DNA of 64,000 nucleotides from a virus, in the IMG/VR virus record IMGVR_UViG_3300028559_000026, positions 12,488 to 76,487 of that record, one strand, 5' to 3'. The translations under genes were made by a program, and so were the position numbers. The notes under the pieces are model-generated. The model had not been told where the DNA came from and did not search any database. It saw only the letters and a program-made list of their open reading frames with translations. This document shows, one piece after another, positions 28,920 to 38,559 of the stretch; position 1 is the first letter of the stretch, and each line of letters opens with the position of its first letter.

Positions 28920-31831
28920 TTCTTGTTTTCCTGTTCATAGCGATCCAGCCACTGCATAAGTTGTCTTGGAGTTTGATGGTTAGTGAGGTTACTACTTTGA
29001 TTTCTATTGGTAATCCTATACTTACCACCATATTCCTCATAATTGATATCATGCCCCTTAGCCTGCATACCCTCAATGCGTGTATGTAGAGCACGATACG
29101 TCACTCTGGGTAAAGCAGGGGCTGTCGGCGGTTTGACGATTTCTGGGTTCAGTGAATCGTGATACCATCTATCCCCAAAGTTCTCTACACCAAATTTACC
29201 AATATCATCAAGCATATCTGCGCGTTGATGAAAATTAGTGCGGATATGCTCTCTGATACGTTCATTCTTAATATGCCTTAATTGGTTATCCATCTCTGCT
29301 CTAACCTTAGAGCCGTTTTCTCCCCACCACTCAAATGCTGGACGATAGTTGTCCATTAGCTTCATTTTTTCGTCAGGACCCGATGGGTGTGGTGAATTAG
29401 TCGCTGTACTGCGACCGACGCTATATGGATCAACAGTGCTGATGGCTGTATCAAAATGGTAATTCGAGAAGTTGTCTTCTTTGTGTCGATCTTGTGCTAC
29501 TTCAGTATCTGACGACCTGCTGTGGCGTTTAGCTCTGTGATACTGGAAGGATCGGGGATGGTCAATGGCAAGGATTTGTCCTTGATCGTTATACATCAAG
29601 TTTCCGCCATGCCGATCATGGTTGTTGGTTAAAAAATCCATGATAGCTATCTTACGGACATCAGCTCTTGATTGATCAGTGGTTGGTCTTTGTTTTTCCT
29701 GATTTAACATCATTACAGGCTTAAAACCATGGTCCATCTTAATAACTAGGGATGGTTCATTCTCGAATCCCGGCCCCATATTATGCTCTTGAACATGCAC
29801 CTTTTGATGTAGATGGCCTATACCACCAGCATGGTAGAGTGCTTGGTTGGCCATTTCAGCCCATCCCTGAATGGGGTGTTTCTGGTATCTAATATTCCTC
29901 TCTAGGAGTTTTTCATGGTATGGTTTAACCATATATCTGGTATTGTTAGGCTCACCAGCGATTGGCTCAGTACCATACACCAACTTCCTAGAAATACCCA
30001 TATCCCTTGAGGTTTCTTTAGCTTTGTGAGGCTTCACTACTCCTGGTGCATTCACAATATTGGTGTGGTAGTTGTCTACAAAATGTTGAATAGATGATGG
30101 GTGTGCATCCATCTGTCCTTTGTGGTCTACTACATCTCGTCCAGCAGTGTCAGTAGCGCGCACAATGGACTTGAAATGTCCGGGGTCCACACTTTTGGCT
30201 AGTGTCTCAGATTTCTGCACATCCGTCTTACCAGACATTGCCATATACGCTTGGTTCTGTTCTGGTGTGGCTACTCGTGACTTGATAGCTCTAGCAATCA
30301 AATCCAGGTCTGCACTAGCAATGGCATTGTCTACGTAAGATGAGTTAAGATCGGGTGATGGTGACTCAAAGACAGCAGCTCTGACATCTGGGTGTATGTC
30401 TCTCAAAGCATTGTCTAGATGCTTGGCAGTGACGTTATAGCCCGTAAGCGCGTTGCGGCGTACTTGTGCGTCAGAGTCAGGGTCAGCACTGGCAGTTTGG
30501 CCATGGGCTAGAATATCGTCAATCAGATCTGGCGGCAGGTCCGGGTTGGATGATGCAGCTAGTCTCAGACCAATCTGGTTGCTCTGTAGAGCGGCGCGGA
30601 GTGATTGTGGCGACACTGCCCCATGCTTCAAAGCGTCCACCGCCATAGAGCCTTGCAGGGGCGTTGCTGACGATAGGGCTGCGCTTACTACACCATCTAA
30701 AATATCGGGTGGGCAGACTGGATGCCGCACTACCAGATGTCTAATGTCTTCACACGAAGGATTGGACCACATATCTCTCAGCAGGGATCTGTTAAGTTGT
30801 GGGTGTGAGGCGATTGCTTGAAATACCGCGCGGTCCTGCACATCGCCTGGATTATGGCTTACCGTATCGTATAGAGCTGATAGATGGTCTGGTCCAATAT
30901 CATCTCTGCTTAGTGCGTCTAGCTGAAGTGCATGTCGATTCTTAATACGCATCAACAGCATTAACAGGTCGCCCTTCATATCATTGTGATGCAGGGCGGC
31001 TTGCTGAAGTGTGGGGTCTTCACTGTATAGACCCTTAGCAATCTGTTGTGGAGATACACCATCCAGTTTCAAAGCCATTGAGCGTTCGTGTGGATTGGGA
31101 TGATTCATTAAATCATCAATCTCGTTTTTCACCAGCAATGGTTGTGGCTTAGAATCAGTCAAAACAGGATTTTCAAACTCCTCAGTTAGAGACTTGACAA
31201 TATCCAAAACCACAGGTGTGTTAGGTGAGTGACCGATAAACCCATCTTGGTCATGCCACTCGATATACATCGTACCTGGATAGTATGGATCAATACGCAC
31301 CTTTGCTTTGATGTTCGACTTCCCACACCATTCAGCCTTATCCATGTGCTGAATAAAGGACGCTAGAAAAGCAGGCTCAAACTTCTCGATGGTTTCTTTC
31401 TGAAGACCAAGTAGCCGCAAGGTGATGTTTTTAGGTGCGTGTAAGTTGCTAGCCACCTTGTCTGGAAGTCCATTAGAGATATCAATCCACTCCCATGTCT
31501 CGACCTCATTGTCTGGGTCGTTTTCACTGGTTGGGGTTTGGTCAGTGACAGTGCGATAGGAGTGGATACGGTACTTGCCCGATGTACCTTCACCAAGTCT
31601 TGTAAGGTCATGCGCGTCAATTCCAGCCTCTTCCTTGGCTTCTCTACGCGCACCACCTTCTGGCGATTCATTCTCTTCCAGATGTCCACCAGGAGTGGTG
31701 TATTTACCAGAATCTCGCCTCTTACCCATCAGTATGGCTGTACCTTCGGTATTGAAAATAGCTATGCTGGCCACATCAATAGGGTCTTTGACTCTTTCGG
31801 ACTTGCCCAATTTTCGGAATTTATTATACAT
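28916..31831 (-). CDS. Polyprotein: Nudix hydrolase, HEAT/LRV-like repeats, HipA/PI-kinase-like domain
   Basis: Nudix box GGHLEENESPEGGARREAKEEAG; helical repeats; DFLTNNHDRHGGNLM...AIDH; start taken at ATG 31831. Confidence 0.85.
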   Translation of the reverse strand: MYNKFRKLGKSERVKDPIDVASIAIFNTEGTAILMGKRRDSGKYTTPGGHLEENESPEGGARREAKEEAGIDAHDLTRLGEGTSGKYRIHSYRTVTDQTPTSENDPDNEVETWEWIDISNGLPDKVASNLHAPKNITLRLLGLQKETIEKFEPAFLASFIQHMDKAEWCGKSNIKAKVRIDPYYPGTMYIEWHDQDGFIGHSPNTPVVLDIVKSLTEEFENPVLTDSKPQPLLVKNEIDDLMNHPNPHERSMALKLDGVSPQQIAKGLYSEDPTLQQAALHHNDMKGDLLMLLMRIKNRHALQLDALSRDDIGPDHLSALYDTVSHNPGDVQDRAVFQAIASHPQLNRSLLRDMWSNPSCEDIRHLVVRHPVCPPDILDGVVSAALSSATPLQGSMAVDALKHGAVSPQSLRAALQSNQIGLRLAASSNPDLPPDLIDDILAHGQTASADPDSDAQVRRNALTGYNVTAKHLDNALRDIHPDVRAAVFESPSPDLNSSYVDNAIASADLDLIARAIKSRVATPEQNQAYMAMSGKTDVQKSETLAKSVDPGHFKSIVRATDTAGRDVVDHKGQMDAHPSSIQHFVDNYHTNIVNAPGVVKPHKAKETSRDMGISRKLVYGTEPIAGEPNNTRYMVKPYHEKLLERNIRYQKHPIQGWAEMANQALYHAGGIGHLHQKVHVQEHNMGPGFENEPSLVIKMDHGFKPVMMLNQEKQRPTTDQSRADVRKIAIMDFLTNNHDRHGGNLMYNDQGQILAIDHPRSFQYHRAKRHSRSSDTEVAQDRHKEDNFSNYHFDTAISTVDPYSVGRSTATNSPHPSGPDEKMKLMDNYRPAFEWWGENGSKVRAEMDNQLRHIKNERIREHIRTNFHQRADMLDDIGKFGVENFGDRWYHDSLNPEIVKPPTAPALPRVTYRALHTRIEGMQAKGHDINYEEYGGKYRITNRNQSSNLTNHQTPRQLMQWLDRYEQENKK

Positions 31832-32687
31832 TGCTAGAAAACACCTTGAGTCCTGATAGGTTTTTGATTTTTTTGATATACGCATCTCTTTCCTGGGAGA
31901 GCTTATTTACCAAAGTATCGTATACTTGTGGTCCTGGGCCAGATGTGGATTGCGACAATCCATCAATCCCTAAACTAGCTGAAGTAGCCAAACCTGCAGA
32001 AGCTGCTAGCATTGCTAGAATATCTATAGCAGCAACAATACCAATCAGATAGTTAAGGACACGGGGCAGCATTCCATCTTTATATCCACAAGTATACGAA
32101 ATCTGCCAAAAAGCCGGTATCCAGTGCTTGTAGGACATGAATGAAAGAAACGCAGCACCACCACCAGCTTGGCTGTTTACCACAAGGCCGTTCATATCTG
32201 GGGTCGAAATGGTCATAGGAATAATGTTGATTTGCCCCCGGATAAGGTACGCAGTTTCAACCCACTCCAAAGGCACGGTAAATACATCAACGCCATTACT
32301 AGGCGTGACGGTTAGACTTTCAATGGACGATACAGGTCGATTCTTAGTCATCATATAACCAAACGACTCATATTGATTGCGGTCAAATGGATACTTCTCT
32401 TTGAAAGAGACTGGAAAGATAATGGTGCCAGTTAGCATTTCGACCTTGCTAACTGCAACTAAAATTAATCCCTTTATATCCTCATCCGTGATTTCACTTC
32501 TCTTCTTAGTGACTGGATGTGGTATCCAGCTTACAAGGGGAATGCCAAACAAATGCCGACGGCGTAAGGTAGCTGCATCAATAAGCGGTTCTAGTCGGTC
32601 CCAACCCGCAGTGTCAATTGCGTTTTGTGGATATATCTCACCAGCCTTGGAGCCAGTGGCATACTTGGATTTAGAGAAATCGGTCAT
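31824..32687 (-). CDS. Head-tail adaptor protein (putative)
   Basis: RPVSSIE, ISYTCG, SLGIDGLSQS motifs typical of adaptors; downstream of capsid gene. Confidence 0.7.
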   Translation of the reverse strand: MTDFSKSKYATGSKAGEIYPQNAIDTAGWDRLEPLIDAATLRRRHLFGIPLVSWIPHPVTKKRSEITDEDIKGLILVAVSKVEMLTGTIIFPVSFKEKYPFDRNQYESFGYMMTKNRPVSSIESLTVTPSNGVDVFTVPLEWVETAYLIRGQINIIPMTISTPDMNGLVVNSQAGGGAAFLSFMSYKHWIPAFWQISYTCGYKDGMLPRVLNYLIGIVAAIDILAMLAASAGLATSASLGIDGLSQSTSGPGPQVYDTLVNKLSQERDAYIKKIKNLSGLKVFSSNV

Positions 32688-33095
32688 TTAGACACCACTA
32701 TCTGCAGCAGCAATTGCTGGTTGTAAAGTGCCGTAAAGCGTTTGTGACCCCTCTACTAGCTTCAAACGCATTTGGACTGTACCCCTAATTTTGTCGGTAG
32801 GCAGTAGGGTAATTTTCCAAATGCTGCTGTCTTGGTTAGGATATGGCAATGTAGCCATTCTGATAATGGTTTTGGCACTATCCAATGACTCAAAGGTGAT
32901 TTGAAGTGTGGCTCCTACCGCAGCAGCGTATCGGCGATACGCTGGCTTGAAGCCTTCATCAGAAGTGTCTAGTGTAGTATCAATAAGCTGTAGGTAGAGG
33001 GGTGCTGTATCACCGACTGACATCTGCCAAACATCGGTGGTTCTATATCGGTTTACACTACATATATCTTTAAGTGGGCGGGCTGATAACGACAT
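32688..33095 (-). CDS. Ig/BppU-like virion protein (putative)
   Basis: GDT..LYLQL beta-sandwich pattern; AATCT-N7-ATG. Confidence 0.55.
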   Translation of the reverse strand: MSLSARPLKDICSVNRYRTTDVWQMSVGDTAPLYLQLIDTTLDTSDEGFKPAYRRYAAAVGATLQITFESLDSAKTIIRMATLPYPNQDSSIWKITLLPTDKIRGTVQMRLKLVEGSQTLYGTLQPAIAAADSGV

Positions 33096-33112
33096 ATCAG
33101 CAAGATTGGTAC

Positions 33113-33463
33113 TTAATTGAGTAGTGCAGCTTTACGACGTGCTTCAGAGTCCAGAAGTTCTCCGATAAGACGGTCAGATAGGCGGCGATAATAACTGTCT
33201 GATGCTCTACACTTGTTTGAGCAGTACAGTTTAGTGGTGGTAGGGAACTTGGCATTAACCAGAATTCGGAAAGACTTATTGCATCGACCACTCATGCACT
33301 TAAATACACCAAACGATTTGACTGGAAGCCAGCCAACACTATTTCTGAGTATAGAAAGCTCAAAACGAAATGGCATCTTGTTAACGCGGATAACAGTTGT
33401 TGTGTCCCAATGTGGAGTAGGAAGATGTTTGAGAGCGATGCTGAAACCTTGTTTTTCGTTCAT
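33113..33463 (-). CDS. Zinc-finger protein
   Basis: C...CNKSF...YCSNKC. Confidence 0.55.
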   Translation of the reverse strand: MNEKQGFSIALKHLPTPHWDTTTVIRVNKMPFRFELSILRNSVGWLPVKSFGVFKCMSGRCNKSFRILVNAKFPTTTKLYCSNKCRASDSYYRRLSDRLIGELLDSEARRKAALLN

Positions 33464-33507
33464 ACAGCTTTATAGCGCAATGAATTTGGCTACGCTATTT
33501 GGAAGGT

Positions 33508-33785
33508 ATGAAAACTCCTGAACAGAAGAAAAAGAAGAGAAAAATAGTAAATGTAAGATCTGTTTCTCTACAGAACCTAAAGGTTTTGGTAGATTTCATG
33601 TTGATCACGATCATCAAACGGGCAAAGTACGAGGTCTACTATGTAGTCATTGCAATGTGGGCTTAGGACACTTCAAAGAAAATGCCGCACTCTTGCGAGA
33701 TGCGGCATCTTACGTAGAAACTGAAGGAGTGGACATGATCCACACCTATGTACCTGATTTAGCTGCCGAAAACAGCACCACGTAG
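33508..33785 (+). pseudogene. Endonuclease VII-like (HNH-type) gene, frameshifted
   Basis: Frame from 33522 reads KCKIC...FHVDHDHQTGKVRGLLCSHCNVGLGHFKEN but has no start; SD-led ATG 33508 is in another frame. Confidence 0.75.
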
Positions 33786-35171
33786 GTTGTCGATCAGTAC
33801 ATTGCGTCTCGGCTGAAAGCACTTCAACGTGCAAAACCTAAAATGACATTCTGGCTGACTCAGATCGGTCACTGCCAGCTTCAGACGGGAGTACGGGGTA
33901 AGCTCCGCAATCTCCATCGTATCACCCTGCAGCAAGAAGCCAGTCACGAAACCCGGAACCTTATTGCCAAGGTCATCAAAAATGGTGGTGCCAGCGCCAC
34001 CATCCAGAACCACTCGGCCAATGTAACGCGCCTTGCTGCCACCAGCCTCAGTACGATACACATTGAAGAACCGAGCCACACCGCTAACTGGATGCGTGAT
34101 AGTGAGGCGAAGGACATCGCCAGCAGCAGCCACAGTGACAGTCACAGCCGCAGTACGTGGGCTCTCACCAATCTCATTGCCCGAGGTCACAAAGTACGTA
34201 TACTTCTCAGCAGCCGCGAAGGCAGTAACAACATTGGCAACCGTAACAGAAGCCACAGCGAGGTTGGCAGGGGCAGCAGGACCGTTGGGACGGGGACGTG
34301 CTGGTGAGGTCTTGCCACTGAGGAAACGTGAAGCCTCGATAGCGATCTGCTCGCCTGAAGTCCACTGCTTACGAAGCGATGCGCCAGTTGCCTCCTGAGG
34401 AGAGCCAGCCAGCATAACACGCTGCATACCGTACACAATCTTGTTGTACGCACTGAGAACCTTCGGATCAACAACCAGCTTGTCAGCGCTACCCATGTTC
34501 ATCGCAGAACGAACCTGAGCATCTTCGATATTCGCCTGGGTGAGCGTCCCGCCACCGGGGATCACAACCGACTCATCCGAGCCATATTCCGAGAACATCA
34601 GATCCTGGGTATTAGCCTGGGCATCCGACTGACGAATCTGGAGATCCAGACCACGCATGTTAGGCAGAGCTGGGATAGCACCAGGATGGCCATCGAAAAC
34701 ACCACCATTGCTAAAGTCTGCACAACCCCGGAACAAATCAAACTCAATGTCCCCTGCGATGCGCTTTGCCGCATCAGTTGCCATACGCTCCGAACCCTTA
34801 ACACCATCAACAGTATCAACCATATCGGCAACAATCGTCACTCGACGCACTTCCGAATAGAAGCACATTGGGACCGTGATGCGGACAAAGTTGCTAGTCT
34901 CTTCATTACCAACGCCGCCTTCAAGCTGGGCGCTACCACCAAACTGGCCATAGCTTAGCTGACGAGTAAACTGCGCCAGATTCGACTTACACGACTTCAC
35001 CTTCAGCATACGCTGCAGCTTAATGGCGCTATCATCGTAGGTCACGTTGTGCATGACGGGCGACAAGTCTTCAATCTGAATTGCACTGCCCTGCGTCAAT
35101 GTCCCCGGCGCGGCATTGTACGAGCCCGCTTCAAGGGCTTTGATTAGATCCTGAATTTGATTCATTTCCAT
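33759..35171 (-). CDS. Major capsid protein
   Basis: 470 aa; LIKAL propeptide-like start, AIQIEDL, and an FN3/Ig-like insertion (YTYFVTSGNEIGES...FNVYR) as in SPO1/Twort-like capsids. Confidence 0.9.
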   Translation of the reverse strand: MEMNQIQDLIKALEAGSYNAAPGTLTQGSAIQIEDLSPVMHNVTYDDSAIKLQRMLKVKSCKSNLAQFTRQLSYGQFGGSAQLEGGVGNEETSNFVRITVPMCFYSEVRRVTIVADMVDTVDGVKGSERMATDAAKRIAGDIEFDLFRGCADFSNGGVFDGHPGAIPALPNMRGLDLQIRQSDAQANTQDLMFSEYGSDESVVIPGGGTLTQANIEDAQVRSAMNMGSADKLVVDPKVLSAYNKIVYGMQRVMLAGSPQEATGASLRKQWTSGEQIAIEASRFLSGKTSPARPRPNGPAAPANLAVASVTVANVVTAFAAAEKYTYFVTSGNEIGESPRTAAVTVTVAAAGDVLRLTITHPVSGVARFFNVYRTEAGGSKARYIGRVVLDGGAGTTIFDDLGNKVPGFVTGFLLQGDTMEIAELTPYSRLKLAVTDLSQPECHFRFCTLKCFQPRRNVLIDNLRGAVFGS

Positions 35172-35185
35172 AGTAGATTTTTCCT

Positions 35186-35959
35186 TTACTTTACGAACAA
35201 GCCCGCGAGGCCAGTAATGGTTTGAAGGAGAGCTGGGTTCTGCTGTCCTCGGTTATAATAATCATTGATAAGATCACGCTCATGCTTACTCAGCTTCGAC
35301 TGGTCTGGGTCACGACACAGAGCAACCAGCTTGGCATGCAGCTCTGCCTTGTTTAGTGGCTTGGCAGGAGCAGCCGCAGTACCTAGACGAGCAGCAGCGT
35401 TAGCACCGGTAACAGCCTTCTGACCAACACGGGGAGTAGGCTTACGCGAATCTTCCAGGGACTTCTTCAAATCAATGCAGACAGCTTTCAGATTGGCAAT
35501 CTCACTCTTCATGGCTGCCATCTCTGGACCACCCTGTGGGGGCGGGGAAGCCTGTCCTTGACCCTGTGGCGGGCCACCAGCACCTGCAGCACCAGCCGCA
35601 GCTTGATATGCCTGCGTAGCCGCTTCCAGGTGCATCTTCAGCTCCTCTGGAGGCAACTGTGAATACTGCTGTACCAATTCCTCCATCGAAGGAGGTGCAT
35701 CATCACCAGGAGCGCCACCGGGGGCACCTTGTTCAGCACCGGACTCTTCACCAGGAGCGGTACCAGGAGGGGCATCCGAAGCGCCTGGAGTCTCTGCAGC
35801 ACCCTCAGAAGCTGGGGGAGCACCACCACCATCGGCAGCGCCGGGACCATCAGTGTCATCCTCTTCGCCAAGACCCTTCTTGAGCGAATTCACCTCATTA
35901 AGCAAAAGGCTGGAGAGAATCCCCTTAACCTCTTGGACTGTTTGATCTAGATTTTTCAT
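35186..35959 (-). CDS. Scaffold protein (putative)
   Basis: Acidic Pro/Gly/Ala-rich with coiled coil, directly upstream of capsid gene, several K[SA] motifs. Confidence 0.65.
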   Translation of the reverse strand: MKNLDQTVQEVKGILSSLLLNEVNSLKKGLGEEDDTDGPGAADGGGAPPASEGAAETPGASDAPPGTAPGEESGAEQGAPGGAPGDDAPPSMEELVQQYSQLPPEELKMHLEAATQAYQAAAGAAGAGGPPQGQGQASPPPQGGPEMAAMKSEIANLKAVCIDLKKSLEDSRKPTPRVGQKAVTGANAAARLGTAAAPAKPLNKAELHAKLVALCRDPDQSKLSKHERDLINDYYNRGQQNPALLQTITGLAGLFVK

Positions 35960-35972
35960 ATGGTCACTCCTA

Positions 35973-36428
35973 TTACTGCTGAGCCGTCATCTTGTTGTAT
36001 AGATCGGCCTCAATCACAGCGGTGATATTGGCGTCAATGAATTGGGCCGCAGAAGGTGCAGTGCCGTTGGTGGACTGATACAGACGGACCTTGGTGCCAC
36101 GAACCGACAAAACAGAAACAATGGTCATAATGAGGTAGTCAACATTCAGAGCCACACCAGCCTCACGGACAAACTGAATCTCGTGAACCGAATACACGCG
36201 CTGGGGAAGACCAATAACATCAACAGGCAGCGGCCAATCAAGAGGCTTGACCTTAACCAGACCACCAGCCGCACCAATAACACCAGTACCGATCTTAATC
36301 AGTGGGTTCTGGTCGGTATCAAAACTCATTTCGGCAACCACTACCGGGGTAGGGATCTTCTGCAAACGCAGATTTAGCTCGTCCCGCAGAGCACGGGCAA
36401 TTTCAGTCGCTTTCGTCGTTGTAGCCAT
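35973..36428 (-). CDS. Virion structural protein (possible head decoration)
   Basis: Co-operonic with scaffold and capsid; AATCT at 36474-36478 and SD AAGGA. Confidence 0.55.
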   Translation of the reverse strand: MATTTKATEIARALRDELNLRLQKIPTPVVVAEMSFDTDQNPLIKIGTGVIGAAGGLVKVKPLDWPLPVDVIGLPQRVYSVHEIQFVREAGVALNVDYLIMTIVSVLSVRGTKVRLYQSTNGTAPSAAQFIDANITAVIEADLYNKMTAQQ

Positions 36429-36520
36429 ATTTGGGAATCCTTTACGTTAAATGTTAACTAACAGCTAATTAACAGATTATGGCAATATTTATACAAAAAA
36501 TTTGACACAATCTAAGGATT

Positions 36521-36820
36521 ATGAAATGCAGAACTTGTTATTTAGATTTGGATGAATTGCAGTTTCATAACAATGGGGAGGGGTTCTCACCACAATGCAA
36601 GAAGTGTCGTTCTGACCTGTACTTCAGTAAGAAGTATGGTCAGTGCTCACAATGTTTAAGACATAGGAAGACGTACCAAAACAGTCTATGTAATGACTGT
36701 AATGAATCTTTGGGCGTTAGAGAGTGTAGGCAGTGTGGATTGTTGTTATGTGTAGCTTTCGCTTTTCATAACATCAGAAAGACCTGCATAGACTGTAGAA
36801 GAATTAGGAGGCGAGTGTAG
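36521..36820 (+). CDS. Multi-CxxC zinc-finger protein
   Basis: Six CxxC pairs; AATCT(36509-36513)-N7-ATG. Confidence 0.7.
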   Translation: MKCRTCYLDLDELQFHNNGEGFSPQCKKCRSDLYFSKKYGQCSQCLRHRKTYQNSLCNDCNESLGVRECRQCGLLLCVAFAFHNIRKTCIDCRRIRRRV

Positions 36821-37178
36821 CTGGTACTGATTGTTCTAGCTTATCAGTCAATTCGAGTAAAGTTGCTCGCTGCACTTCTGGAAGCTGTGGATGTGCAGCC
36901 TCTTGCCGGATTTCGTGTATGTATGTTTTAAGCTCCCATGGAGGGACATACCACATATATACTGATATTCCAGTTGAAAGTAGATGGGAGATTAAATACC
37001 GATACTCTACATTGTAATATCGTGTATTTTCTGGTCCTTTGACACCACAGAATTGGTAAGTAATATAACCATCGGTGCTTAGCGGGTCTTTTATTGCCGT
37101 TTTTAGATCGTCTAATAGAGATAGGAGTTGATCTCTATTGAGGACTGTCTGAATTACGCCTTGTCCCGATTCCGTCAT
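36804..37178 (-). CDS. Hypothetical protein
   Basis: 124 aa ORF with AGGAG SD. Confidence 0.65.
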   Translation of the reverse strand: MTESGQGVIQTVLNRDQLLSLLDDLKTAIKDPLSTDGYITYQFCGVKGPENTRYYNVEYRYLISHLLSTGISVYMWYVPPWELKTYIHEIRQEAAHPQLPEVQRATLLELTDKLEQSVPATLAS

Positions 37179-37187
37179 ATTAGGCTC

Positions 37188-37571
37188 CTACTTGATTTTA
37201 GTGATAATGAGCGTGGAATTTGCTGCCCCATCCCACTGTATAGCAATAGCCTTCTTCTCATTAGAAGGGTCTAGCTCGGGGTCCATACCCACGATAAACG
37301 ATGATGCAGAATCCCTAGAATCAAACGCCTTGGGGCCAGAGTCCGCTGCTGGTAGTGCCATATCTGCATCAGTTGGCGTATCAGTTGGTTTGCAATATAG
37401 GATTTGGACACTTTTACCAAATACACCATTAGGTACACGGCAGAGATAGTAGCCGGGAGCTAGTGCGACTACTTGAGGTGCTGTGCCAGTTTTGTTAAGT
37501 GTGGCTATTCTGGTCTGGGACTGTGAAGTGACAATACCATATGAGGCTGTGCGGGAATCGAGTGGTAACAT
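37188..37571 (-). CDS. Hypothetical virion protein
   Basis: 127 aa; AATCT-N7-ATG. Confidence 0.65.
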   Translation of the reverse strand: MLPLDSRTASYGIVTSQSQTRIATLNKTGTAPQVVALAPGYYLCRVPNGVFGKSVQILYCKPTDTPTDADMALPAADSGPKAFDSRDSASSFIVGMDPELDPSNEKKAIAIQWDGAANSTLIITKIK

Positions 37572-37581
37572 AATCCTTAGA

Positions 37582-38559
37582 TTACTTGCCTACGAGACTA
37601 TCACCCGCAACATAGACAGAATCAGACGCCTGCTCATTAGAATCTTTATATTTACCATGTTTAGCTATGACCATTGCCTGTCTAGCGGATTCCAAGGAAT
37701 TTCCAATACCTGCGGACATGGTAATTTTGTACGAACCACCTACTGCGGGTAATTCTTTCTCACCCTCAATTAGCTGGCGTAGAAACAGAAAAGCATCCTC
37801 TTTGGAGTCCATAAAAAGCACAAAGCAATCGCCACCATCCCGAAAACTATCACCATGAGCTAACTTAGCTACCAAGCCACCAAACGCCACAATTGCTTCA
37901 TCAGCCTCTTTCCAGCCAACTTCGTTAGCCTTATGGAAATCATTAAGGTCCAGGCTGATAACCACGTTGGTTGGCTTAGAGCGCTCTAGTGCCAGAAGGT
38001 TTCCAAAGGAAGGTATCATCATATCTCTAGTCAAGTCATCATCCTTTGGTTCTGGGGCTTTCTCTTCAGCTTTATGTAGTGCATCGGGTGGGCGATGGTA
38101 TCTAAGTGTAGCCACACCTTTATGCACATTACTCAGAATAGTCGATGCTTCTGCTGGTGAAAGGGCATGACCATTTAGAATCAACACATCGCCTTGTGAT
38201 TCAAGAATTTGTGGTTGTGACATGCCGACCTTCATATACTCAAATACAGAAGGTATTTCATTGGCCACATCTTTTGGCATTTCCTCTAGCTTCGCTTCTG
38301 GGATTTCTGAATCATCCTTGTCTTGCATGTATGAATCCCACGGACGTACCAAGATATACCTGGAATTCATCTGGTGAAGCAATGCGTTGCGGGCAGTTTC
38401 ATTAAATGGACCATCTGGCATAGCCTGTCTAAGTCTATGACCATGATAGTCCTCAATCACTTTGGTCTTGCCATCACCCACCACCACCCGGCCCATACGG
38501 TTTTTAAGTAGTTGGCTGCCAGAAGTCTTTAGTCTGAAAAAGCTGTAAATTCCATTCAT
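37582..38559 (-). CDS. Protein with C-terminal GGDEF-like domain
   Basis: DDLTR, SLDLNDFHKANE.GWKEADEAI, FRDGGDCF, ITMSAGIG, AMVIAKHGK. Confidence 0.78.
   Translation of the reverse strand: MNGIYSFFRLKTSGSQLLKNRMGRVVVGDGKTKVIEDYHGHRLRQAMPDGPFNETARNALLHQMNSRYILVRPWDSYMQDKDDSEIPEAKLEEMPKDVANEIPSVFEYMKVGMSQPQILESQGDVLILNGHALSPAEASTILSNVHKGVATLRYHRPPDALHKAEEKAPEPKDDDLTRDMMIPSFGNLLALERSKPTNVVISLDLNDFHKANEVGWKEADEAIVAFGGLVAKLAHGDSFRDGGDCFVLFMDSKEDAFLFLRQLIEGEKELPAVGGSYKITMSAGIGNSLESARQAMVIAKHGKYKDSNEQASDSVYVAGDSLVGK

Noticed and set aside
27648-31831. HipBA-type toxin-antitoxin system
   Set aside because: No adjacent HTH antitoxin; the kinases are fused into late-region polyproteins
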